The position numbers and the translations under genes were made by a program. Positions 13,345-24,467 of a stretch of DNA of 64,000 nucleotides are shown piece by piece. Location: NCBI GenBank assembly GCA_028826165.1, contig JAPDFW010000126.1, positions 62,001-126,000 of the forward strand. Reading direction: 5' to 3'. Numbering within the stretch: the first letter of the stretch is position 1; each line of letters starts with the position of its first letter. This stretch comes from Anaeramoeba ignava BMAN (Eukaryota > Protista > Anaeramoebae). Under the pieces are notes generated by a model. It was not told where the DNA came from and made no database searches. It was given only the letters and a program-made list of their open reading frames with translations.

Positions 13345-15599
13345 TCAATTTGAATTAAGAAATTGTTTTTTCTTTTCAATTTTCCTTTTTCTTTTTTGAT
13401 CATAAATTGTTTGGAAAGAATTTGAATTTGAATTTGAATTTGAATTAAAAATTTTTGAATTATCAAGTTTATTTTTTCTAATTTTCTTAGTTTTTCCTTT
13501 ATCATAATCTAAATCAAAAGGATCAAGTTGAAATTTTTGTGAATCTTTTTGTAATTTATTTAAAACTTCTTCTTGTTTATTTTTTTCTATTGATTTTCCT
13601 TTCCAAATATTTTTTTGATTTAAAAAGTCTTGAGGATTTGAAATTAGTTTTTGTTTAATATTTAATAAATGATTTGAAGAATTTTTTGAATTAAATTTTG
13701 GATTTGAATTTTTTGAATTTTTTGAATTTTTTGAATTAAATTTTGGATTATGATCAACAATAAAGATTTCTTTATTTGATTTTTTGATTTGAGATTTTTT
13801 AAGTGATTGAGATTTTTGTGTATTATTTTGAGGAATATTTGTTATTTGCCATTTTTTCTGAGAAATTTTATGTTTAGATTGATTTGTTTTTCTTTTTTTT
13901 GGAATTTCTTCAATTTCTTCCATTTTTTCAATTTCTTCAATTTTTGGAATATTTTCATTTTTTTCAATTTCTTCATTTAATCTTTTGATTTTTGTTGACG
14001 ATAAAAAATCATATAAGGTTTTTCTTTTAAAACTGTTTTCAAACTAACTTGTTGAATTTTTTCATCATCAAATTTATACCAAATATTATTTGAGTTTCTA
14101 ACATAAGAAATATAATGACCAGTATTTGCAGAATCTCCTTGATGAATTACTAAAGCATATAATAAATAATTGATAGGTTTTTGAGAAGATTCTGGAATAA
14201 TTGTTGAAAAATTATTAGAATTGAAAACTTCTGGGAATTTAATAAAGGAATTATTTTTGACTACTTGTTTTTGGAAAAAATTATATCTTTTAAGAGTAAT
14301 CACAAGAATCAAAGGGAAATGTGAAATGGATAATTGTTTTGTTGCTAAAACTTGTTGTCGACAAAAGGAACAATAATATCTAAAAAAAATATAAAAATCA
14401 AAAATTGATTTGAAATCAATTATTATGAAAAAAAAAAGAAAGAAAAATAAAATACAAACTGAATTTTTTCTTGTTTTGTAAATGATAATAAACAATCTTC
14501 AAGTGATTTTGATCCAAAAATATTAATTGATAAATCAAGAAAAAGTTCGAAAACTTTATTATTAAAATGACAACGAGAACAAATGATATTATTTTTGAAA
14601 TAACCACCAAAAATACTATGAATTAAAGTAGTTTCTTGAGATCTAATATCCAACAAACTAAAAATAAAATTGAATTTTTGATTTTAAATGAATTTTAAAT
14701 GAATTTTTAATGAATTTGTAATGAATTTTTAATGAATTTTAAATGAATTTTAAATGAATTTTTAATGAATTTTTAATGAATTTTAAATGAATTTTTAATG
14801 AATTTTAAATGAATTTTTAATGAATTTTAAATGAATTTTAAATGAATTTTTAATGAATTTTAAATGAATTTTTAATGAATTTTAAATGAATTTTTAATGA
14901 ATTTTAAATGAATTTTTACCGTTCAAATCCAAAAAGACAACTTTCAATCATTTTTTGAAGAAATTGTATGTAAAATTCATGAGCATCTTGTTCTTGATTT
15001 AAATTAAATTGTTGACCAATTAATTTAAGATTTTTCAATAAAAATAAAAGATCTTTTTCATCTTGATTAACTTGATTTCTAATTTGAAATACAATATCAA
15101 AAAAAGCACAAATTGCACAAAAGAAATTTTGGTTGAAATCATTTGAGGTTCTGTTATGGATTTGACAAGTAGAAGGATGGGGTTCTTGAAGTATGTATTG
15201 AGTAAAAGAAGGAGTATAAATAAAACATTGTAAAATACTATTAATATAAGATGTTTTTCCATGATTATGAAATCCATTTCCAATTTTAAACACTGAATTC
15301 CATTCAATTTCACTTGATAAAAGGTTTGGATTAAATAATCTTCTTTTTGGAAATTGAAAATTTTCTTCTTCTTTTGAATTTGATTTTGAATTTGATTTTG
15401 ATTGATTTGTTTCTTGTAAAATTCCTGAATTATTGAGAATTTCAAATGATTGTCTTTCATTTGAATTTTGATTGTTTATGTTTATGGGTTGAAGTATATC
15501 TGTAAGTTTAGGAGGTTTTTTATAATTAGCTTCTCTAAAAACAATTGTTCTTGGAAGAAGAATTTTTTGATTTTTAAGTGAATCAAATAAATTATTCAT
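13345..15599 (-). CDS. USP36/USP42-like ubiquitin-specific protease; catalytic Cys replaced by Ser
   Basis: Cys box GFHNHGKTSYINSILQC, QEQDAHEF, IHSIFGG, LVITLKRY, His box HQGDSANTGHYISYV...WYKFDD, C-terminal DPFDLDYDKGKTKK. Introns ~14918-14659 and ~14458-14380; one apparent 1-nt frameshift near 13990. Confidence 0.85.
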
Positions 15600-15828
15600 T
15601 TTCTTTTAAATTTAAAATTAAAAATTAAAAATTTAAAAAGGAGAAAAATGAAAAAAAAAATTTTTTTTTAAAAAGGAGAAAATAAAAATTAATTAAATTT
15701 CGTTAAAAAAAAATTTTATTTTTTCATTTTTTTTTCCATTTTTTTCCTTTTTAATTTTTCTTTTTATTCTTTTTAAATTATAAAAATAAATTTAAATTTC
15801 AAAAATAAAAATAAAAATAAATTTAAAA

Positions 15829-18800
15829 ATGAATTCTAACGAAAATAATAATGAAGAAAATAATAATAATGAAAATATTAATGAAGAAAATATTAATAAT
15901 GAAAATAATAATAATGAAAATAATAAAGAAAATAATAATGAAAATAATAATATTGAAAATGAAATGCAACAAGATTTTTTAGAAAATATTGATTCAGATA
16001 TTCAAAATATTCAAAATATTCAAGAAAATTTAAAAAAAAAGAAAAAAAGGAAAAAAAGAAAAAAAGAAGAAACAAATCAAACAAAAGAAAAAATAGAAAA
16101 ACAAGCAGGAATTATTGAAGAATTATTAATGGAAAATTTTATGTGTCATCGAAAGTTAAAAATTCGTTTAAATTCAGGTGTTAATGTTATTTTTGGTTCA
16201 AATGGTTCTGGAAAAAGTGCTATTTTTACTGCTCTTTTGTTTTGTTTAGGTGCTCATACAAGATTAACAAATAGAGGAACTAATTTAAAAGATTTAATTA
16301 GATATGGACAAAAGTAAAAAAAATGAAGGAAAATTCAAATTCAATTCAATTCAAATTCAATTCAAATTCAATTCAAATTCAAATTCAAATTCAAATTCAA
16401 ATTCAAATTCAAATTCAAATTCAAATTCAAATTCAAATTCAAATTCAAATTCAAATTCAAAATCAATTTCAAATTCAAATTCAAATTCAAATTCAATTTA
16501 ATTCAAATTCAAATTCAATTTCAAATTCAAATTCAAATTCAATTCAATTTAATTCAATTTAATTCAATTCAAATTCAATTTCAAATTCAAATTCAATTCA
16601 ATTTAATTCATAAATTCAAAATTAAAATTAAAATTCAAATTCAAATTCAAATTCAAATTCAAATTCAAATTCAAATTCAAATTCAATTCAATTCAATTCA
16701 ATTTAATTTAATTTAATTCAATTCAAATTCAAATTCAAATTCAATTTAATTTAATTCAATTTAATTCATAAATTTAATTCAAATTTAATTTAATTCAATT
16801 CAATTTAATTCAATTTAATCCAATTCAATTCAATTCAAATTCAATTTAATTTAATTCAATTCAATTTAATTCAATTTAATCCAATTCAATTCAATTCAAT
16901 TCAAATCAATTCAATTCAATTCAAATCAATTCAATTCAATTCAATTCAATTCAATTCAATTTAATTCATAAATTCAATTCAAACCAATTCAATTCAATTC
17001 ATAAATTCAATTCAATTTAATTTAATTTAATAAATTCAAATTCAATTCAAATCAATTCAATTCAATTCAATTCAATTTCATAAATTCAATTCAAATTCAA
17101 ATTAAAATTCAATTTAATTCATAAATTTAATTCAAATTCAATTAAATTAAATTTAATTCAATTTAATTCAATTTAATTCAAATTCAATTTAAATTTAATA
17201 ATTCAATTCAATTTAATTTAATTCAATTCAATTCAATTCAATTCAATTTAATTTAATTCAATTCAATTCAATTCAATTCAATTTAATTCAATTTAATTCA
17301 ATTTAATTCAAATTCAAATTCAAATTCAAATTCAAATTCAAATTCAATTCAAAATTAAATTCAATTTAATTCAAATTCAATTCAAATTCAAATTCAAAAA
17401 TTAAAATTTAAATTTAATTTAATTTAAATTCAAATTCAAATTCAAAAAAAATTAAATTTAATTTAATTTTTTAATTCAAATTCAAATTCAAAAAATTAAA
17501 TTCAAATTTTAATTTAATTTAATTTAATTTAATTCAAATTCAATTCAATTCAATTTAATTCATAAATTCAAATTCAAATTCAAAATCAATTCAATTCAAT
17601 TTAATTCATAAATTCAAATTCAAATTCAAAATCAATTCAATTCAATTTAATTCAATTCAATTCAATTTAATTTAATTCAATTCAATTCATAAATTCAATT
17701 CAATTCAATTCAATTCAATTCAATTCAATTCAATTCAATTCAAATTCAAATTCAAATTCAATTTAAATTCAATTCAATTTAATTCAATTCAATTTAATTT
17801 AATTTAATTTAATTTAATTCAATTCAATTCAATTCAATTCATAAATTCAATTCAAATTCAATTCAATTCAATTCAATTTAATTCAATTCAATTTAATTCA
17901 ATTCAATTTAATTCAATTCAATTTAATTCAATTCATAAATTTAATTTAATTCAATTTAATTCAATTCAAATTCAATTTCAATTTAATTCAATTTCAAATT
18001 CAAATTCAAATTCAAATTCAAATTCAAATTCAATTCAATTCAATTCAATTCAATTCAATTCAATTCAATTTAATTTAATTTAATTCAATTCAATTCAATT
18101 CAATTCAATTTAATTTAATTCAATTCAATTCAAATTCAAATTCAAATTCAATTCAATTTAATTCAAATTCAATTCAATTTAATTTCAATTTAATTCAATT
18201 CAAATTCAAATTCAAATTCAAATTCAATTCAATTCAATTCAATTCAATTCAATTCAATTCAATTCAATTCAATTCAATTCAATTCAATATTCAATTTAAT
18301 TTAATTTAATTCAATTTAATTCAATTCAATTCAATTTAATTTAATTCAATTCAATTCAAATTAATTTAATTTAATTCAATTTAATTTAATTCAATTTAAT
18401 TCAATTCAATTCAATTCAATTCAATTCAATTCAATTCAATTTAATTCAATTCAATTTAATTTAATTTAATTTAATTTAATTCAATTCAATTCAATTCAAT
18501 TCAATTCAATTCAATTCAATTCAATTTAATTTCAATTTAATTCAATTTAATTCAATTCAATTTAATTCAATTCAATTTAATTCAATTCATAAATTTAATT
18601 TAATTCAATTTAATTCAATTCAAATTCAATTTCAATTTAATTCAATTTCAAATTTAATTCAAATTCAATTCAAATTCAATTTCAATTTAATTCATAAATT
18701 CAATTCAATATTCAAATAAAATTAAAAAAAAAATAAAAAAGTTCGTGCAAAGTGAGAGTAAAATTATGCAACAAAGGACCAATAGCATTCGAACCAGATA

Positions 18801-21800
18801 AATTCGGAAAGCACATCTACATCGAACACAAAATCACACGAGCATCATCAACATACAAGATTTACAATTCAAAACTTGAGATGATTTCGGGGAAAAAAAA
18901 CACATTGATTCAAATACTTGACAATTTCTCAATTTTCATTGACAACCCAATTGTCATCATGCCACAAGACAAAGTGAGGGAGTTCATCAGCAAAGCGAAA
19001 CCACAGAACTTGTACCGAAACTTTGTGCGCGCGACAGGACTTGAACAGATGCAAAAATCAGTGGAAAATGCTGAGAAGACCATCAAAAACGTTGCAAACA
19101 AAGAAATCAAAAAAAAAGAAGCAATTGTGGAGAAAATCGAGCAGGAAATAAAGATCCTAAACGAGGCCATTGAGCGTGAGCAGAAGTACCAGAGTCTGAA
19201 GAAGGAATATCATTGGGCTCTTATTTCACAGGAAGAGCAAAAAGTCCGCTTGTCAGCCGTTGAAATGAGAAAACGAGCAGATAAACTGAAGCAAATGACC
19301 GAAGGTTTCGAGAAAGCGAAAAAGGATCTGATAGAAGCAGAGAGCCAGATATCCCAATTTCATGAGGAATTGGACAGTATTGAGGCCAAGTCTGAAAATA
19401 TTCAAGAAGAAAAACAAGAAATCCAAAAAAAGAAAAAACAAGTCGAGACCGAAATCCGAACAAAAGAGAAGGAGACTAAGCAAATAAAGACAAGAATGCA
19501 GGACCTCAAGAGACAGGAACAAGGGAAACAAAGGGAGCTTAAACAGGCGGAGGATTTAATGAGGGAGTATGAAGAGCGGGAAAGACGACGAAAAGAGAAA
19601 AACAAAGCGATTAAGCAAAAAATTGAGGAGTTGAATACAAAGTATAATGAGCTCAAGAAGAAGAAACCGACAGAACGGAACGAGACGGTGGAACTTGAGC
19701 GGGCAGTTTCGGAAATGACGGCCCAGCTCCGGAAAAGCAAAGATCTCGAAAATGGATTTTATCGAGAAAAAAAGGAGTTAAAAAATCAAATCAGACAAAG
19801 CGAACTTTCGGAGATGAACGAGGAGAAAAAAAGACTAAGTGCGCTGGGGGAATCTACAGAGAAGATGAAGGAGGTGATAGATAAAAACACACGGCGGTTT
19901 AAAACCGAGCCAATAGGACCACTGGGGTTAAGTATTAAATTAAGAGATGAGAAATGGATGGCAGTTTTTCAAGAAGTTTTAGGAACAGTAATGAAGTCTT
20001 TTATTGTGGGAAGTTTCGAGGACCAGAAGTCCCTTCAGAACCTCTACTACGCGGCAGTGAAGAACTCACGGCTGAAGAACCAAGAGCCAGGAATTTTCAA
20101 AACAAACTTTTCTAACAGCCGTTATAACGTCAAAATGCCAAATATCAATTGCACAATTTTCTTGCAAGTGCTTGAAATTCAGGATCCAATTATTTACAAC
20201 TGCGTGATTGATTGGGTCAAGCCCGAAACAATAGCTCTGGCAGACTCCCTCCCAGAAGCGCGGCAAATACTGCTTAATTCAAGACAATATTCTCTCAAAG
20301 TAACAAAGTGCTATCTTGTCGATGGCACGCTTTGTATGCACAAGAGATCCTTTTCTGTCATGCCTCCCACAAAATCTCGTTTTTTCAATCCAAATCAAAA
20401 TTATAACGTCAAAATTGACAAGCAGGCAATTTTGTCCCGAATTTCCCAAATTGACATCGAAATCCAAAACGCGCAATCCCAGAAGTCCGCCTTCGAGAAT
20501 CAGCTTAAACAACACCGCTCGCAAATCGACAAGATCACAAAAGACATAGAGCGAGCTGAAAGAGAAGCGCGAACTAATATTTCTGACTTGAAATACCAGA
20601 TCCAACGCAAAAAATCAAAAATTAATGAGATCGAAGAGGAACCGCCAAGAACTACCCCAGAAATATCAACAGAGATCGAAGACATCCAGAAGGATCTCAC
20701 AAGGAAAAAGGAAAAAATAGAACGCATTGAAGGAGAAATTTCGCAATCCAAATCAGAGTTGGAAGAAATTAAGAAAAAAGACGAAGAAAACTTCGAAAAA
20801 AAACGCAAATGCGACAAAAAACAAAAGGAAATTAGCACAAAATTCGGAAGAATGCTTCAACAGCAAACAGACGCGCAAAATATTGTTGAGAAAGCAGACA
20901 CCAAACGCTCAGGTTTGTTGAGCGAAATTAGCCATCTTGACACTACTCTAGAAAAAAATCTCAAAAGATTGAAGGACCACACTAAGGAATGCGTGAAAAA
21001 ATCGGGTTCCAGAATCGTCACAGATAAACCTCTTGAAGAGCTTCGAGATTTCATGAAGAAATACAAGGAAGACTCGAAAAAACTGACAAATTTGGATCGT
21101 AAAGAAATTCTTGAAAAAAATGAAGAATTGCAAAAAGTACTCAGAAATATTTCGCAGACAAAATCCGAGATCCAGACCATCGAAAAAAGAACCGAGAATA
21201 ACGCTGGATATTTGAACAAGAAATTCAACATGTTTCGCACGCAGATCCAGCAGAAATTCCAAAAGGTGCTGAGATTGAGAAGAATGAGAGGCTCACTTGT
21301 GATCAATCTTGATGAACAAAAACTTTTTTTGAATCTCAGTTTGACAGAGGAGCAACTATTGCTCTCCTCGAATAAGAACATTGTTTCCATTGAGAGCTCA
21401 CAAATCAATCCAAATTCCCCGAAAACGTCAAAAAAAAGAAATCCAAGTCAAAAAACAAAAAATAATAAAAACCCAAATAATATCAATAATAATATCAATA
21501 ATATCAATAATAATAAACAGGATTCAAGCCAAATTCCTGTTGATTCTCTTGACCAAAAAGTCAAACGGCCAAGAGTTCAATCTCAACTTAAAAATTTATC
21601 TCAATTCCGCAAGACAAAGTCTTTTTCTGGCGGAGAGAAATTGATTGTTACTGTTGCCTATCTTCTTGCTTTGTGGGGTGTTGTTGATTCTCCTTTTTAT
21701 TCGATTGATGAGTTTGATTTGTATTTTGATGATTTAAATCGCTCAATTATGTTTGATTTGTTGATTCAACATTCTTTGACTGTTCCTGATCGTCAATTTA

Positions 21801-21898
21801 TTTTTATTACTCCTCTTGATGTTAGTTTTCTTGCTGATAAAGAGAATGTTACAATTTTCAAGTTGAAAGACAAAAACAAAGAAGCGAGAGATAATTAA
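15829..21898 (+). CDS. SMC6: Structural maintenance of chromosomes protein 6
   Basis: ENFMCH and Walker A GSNGSGKS in exon 1 (15829-16313); intron 16314-18741 restores the frame (GQ|NSCKVRVKL); DNPIVIMPQD, hinge PIGPLG, signature FSGGEK, Walker B SIDEFD, QFIFITP. Confidence 0.92.
16314..18741 (+). repeat. 2.4 kb SMC6 intron made of (AATTC)n/(AAATTC)n/(AATTT)n microsatellite
   Basis: GT at 16314, AG at 18740-18741; the interior is almost exclusively A/T/C pentamer and hexamer repeats. Confidence 0.9.
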
Positions 21899-21989
21899 TT
21901 ATTTTTTTTTTAATCTTTTATTACTAATTGATTAATTAATTAATTAATAAATCAAAACAAAGAGGAATTTTTCATTTCGAATTAAAATA

Positions 21990-22460
21990 TTTAAATTAAA
22001 TTAAATTAAATTAAATTAAATTAAATCAAATTAAATCAAATTAAATTAAATCAAATCAAATTAAATTTAAATTAAATTAAATTAAATTAAATTAAATTAA
22101 TTCAAATATTTAAAATCAAATCAAATTAAATTAAATTAAATCAAATTAAATTAAATTAAATCAAATCAAATTAAATTAAATTAAATCAAATTAAATTAAA
22201 TTAAATTAAATTAAATAAAATCAAATTAAATCAAATTAAATTAAATCAAATTAAATTAAATTAAATTAAATTAAATCAAATTAAATTAAATCAAATTAAA
22301 CTAAATTAAAATAAATCAAATTAAATTAAATTAAATTAAATTAAATTAAATTTAAATTAAATTAAATCAAATCAAATCAAATCAAATTAAATTAAATTAA
22401 ATTAAATCAAATTAAATTAAATCAAATTATATTAATTCAAATATTTTAAATCAAATCAAA
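21990..22460. repeat. (AAATT/AAATC)n microsatellite between convergent genes
   Basis: Direct reading. Confidence 0.9.
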
Positions 22461-22536
22461 TATTTTGTGTTTTTATTCTCCTTTTTCATTCAAAAAAAAA
22501 CAAAGAAACAAAAGAAACACAAAAGAATAAAAAAAT

Positions 22537-22992
22537 TCATTTCTTTTTAACAAGAAAACTTCCATTTGAAAAACCACAATAAGTTTCATCAATTGCTTGA
22601 AGAATTTTCTTTGCTTGAGTTTCAATCGAATCTAATCTTTCAATAATTTTTTTATATTGAGATTCTTTTTCATCTAAATTTTCACTTAAATCATTTTTTT
22701 TCTTTTGAATTAATTCAATTAAAGGGACAATATTATAAAAATCTGCTTCTTTTTCAATTTCTTCAAGAACATAAAAATCATCTGAAAGAGGAAATTCTTG
22801 AATATTTGGATTTTGATATCTTAAAAAATTTAAAATAACTCGGAAATGTTTTGGATCTCTATCAATAAAAATATTTTTTTCATTTAATGGAAAGTTTCCA
22901 CTTAAAAGTCCTGAAAAAAATGTATCTTTATATTTTTGAAGTGTGGATTTTTGTGTTGTAAAACTTTTTCCTCCAACATCAAAATTTATCAT
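22537..22992 (-). CDS. KCTD-type BTB/POZ (T1) domain protein
   Basis: INFDVGGKSFTTQKSTL, IFIDRDPKHFRVILNFLR, EKEADFY. Confidence 0.9.
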   Translation of the reverse strand: MINFDVGGKSFTTQKSTLQKYKDTFFSGLLSGNFPLNEKNIFIDRDPKHFRVILNFLRYQNPNIQEFPLSDDFYVLEEIEKEADFYNIVPLIELIQKKKNDLSENLDEKESQYKKIIERLDSIETQAKKILQAIDETYCGFSNGSFLVKKK

Positions 22993-23249
22993 TATTATTT
23001 TTAAAAAAAAAAAAAGAGAAAAATGAAAAATGAAAAATGAAAAATGAAAAATTAAAATTAAAATTAAAATTAAAATTAAAATTGAAATTATAATTAAAAT
23101 TATAATTAAAATTAAAATTCAAATTAAAATTGAAATTAAAATTCATTTAAAAAATTAAAATTAAAATTAAAATTAAAATTAAAATTAAAATTAAAATTAA
23201 AATTAAAATTGAAATGAAGTTAAATTTTTATTCAGAATAATAATAAAAC

Positions 23250-24191
23250 TCATAAATTTAACTTATTTTTGACAATCTGCCAAAATTCTGACATGATTTT
23301 TACAACAGAATCAATATCCTTTTGAGTATAATCACTTTCCTTATCAGCCAAACCAACAACAACAACAATTCTTTTTTGGTCTGATTCAAAAATAGGGACA
23401 ATAGCGCATCTAGTAATAGGAACATGACCAACAGGAATACCTCTTTTGAGAGGATTAGGTTTCAAGTAGTCATTCTCAATAATAGGTTTTCTCTGCCTAA
23501 TAGCCTCACCCCATAAGCCAGTTTCTTCAAGATTGAAAACAAGGGGTTTATTCAACATTTTGCATTGTTTTAAAGCATTTGTTGACCAACCAAGTGAAGT
23601 GAATTTGTCTTGCGTTTTGTTGACAATACAAACAAATCCCTTTGTTGATTCTGAAGCTTTTATCGCTTCATCCAAACAAAACATTGATATTTCTCTTGGT
23701 GATAAATCAGGTTTTGATAGCAACAATTCAATTTTTGAATATTTCTTATCAAAATCAACTGATGGTCGAAGAATCACTTGAAAATACATTCCATCTTTTA
23801 ATCTCACTGGATGAATCCAAACAAAAATATCAAGTTTTTTATTCTGAATTGTTTTGTATTTCCATTTGTAATTGATTTCTCCTCTTGATAATGCTGTTGA
23901 TATTTTTTCCTTCAATTCTTCAAATGCTTTATCAATATTTTCATATTCAGATTCGTGACTTAATGATAAAAGGTTTTGTAATGTTAAAGTTGCTACTTCT
24001 TTATCTTCAAATCCAAATAATTCTGATAATGGTTCGTTGAATCCAATATAATATCCTTTTGAATCAGTCAATCCAATTGCATCTAATTGATTTGATGTCA
24101 TTTTTAAATACTGTTTTGGTGTGTTTGTTGAATTGTTTTTGATTGCTGCTAGTAAATCTTTACTTTCTGAATTTCCCATTAAATTTCCCAT
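23250..24191 (-). CDS. Intronless PAS + GAF domain protein, probably N-myristoylated
   Basis: MGNLMGNSES start; PAS-like DAIGLTDSKGYYIGFNEPLSELFG; GAF GLWGEAIRQRKPIIENDY..PNPLKRGIPVGHVPITR..IVPIF...VVGLADKESDY. Confidence 0.85.
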   Translation of the reverse strand: MGNLMGNSESKDLLAAIKNNSTNTPKQYLKMTSNQLDAIGLTDSKGYYIGFNEPLSELFGFEDKEVATLTLQNLLSLSHESEYENIDKAFEELKEKISTALSRGEINYKWKYKTIQNKKLDIFVWIHPVRLKDGMYFQVILRPSVDFDKKYSKIELLLSKPDLSPREISMFCLDEAIKASESTKGFVCIVNKTQDKFTSLGWSTNALKQCKMLNKPLVFNLEETGLWGEAIRQRKPIIENDYLKPNPLKRGIPVGHVPITRCAIVPIFESDQKRIVVVVGLADKESDYTQKDIDSVVKIMSEFWQIVKNKLNL

Positions 24192-24467
24192 TATAATTAT
24201 AATTTTTAATTAAATGAAAAATAAAAAAATGAAAAAAAAAAAAATTTTTTAATGAATTTTTTTAATTAAATTTTTAATTATAAAAAAAGGGGATATTTCA
24301 CTTAAAAAATATTAATTTTTAAATTATTAATATTTTTTAAATTTAATTTAATACTTAAAATGTTGAGGTGTTTTTTTTTTTTAAAAGAAATTAAAAAGAA
24401 GAATAAAAGAATTGATCTTTATTAAAAAATTCAATTAAAAAATTCAATTCAATAAAAAGGATTTTAT

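Noticed and set aside
18910-21408. Antisense ORFs over SMC6 (and similar ones over EPG5)
   Set aside because: Shadow ORFs of GC-richer coding sequence with no recognisable domains.
21365-21610. Possible intein or intron in the SMC6 C-terminal head
   Set aside because: In-frame N/K/S-rich low-complexity insert with no intein block motifs (no C-terminal His-Asn followed by Cys/Ser/Thr) and no need for splicing.
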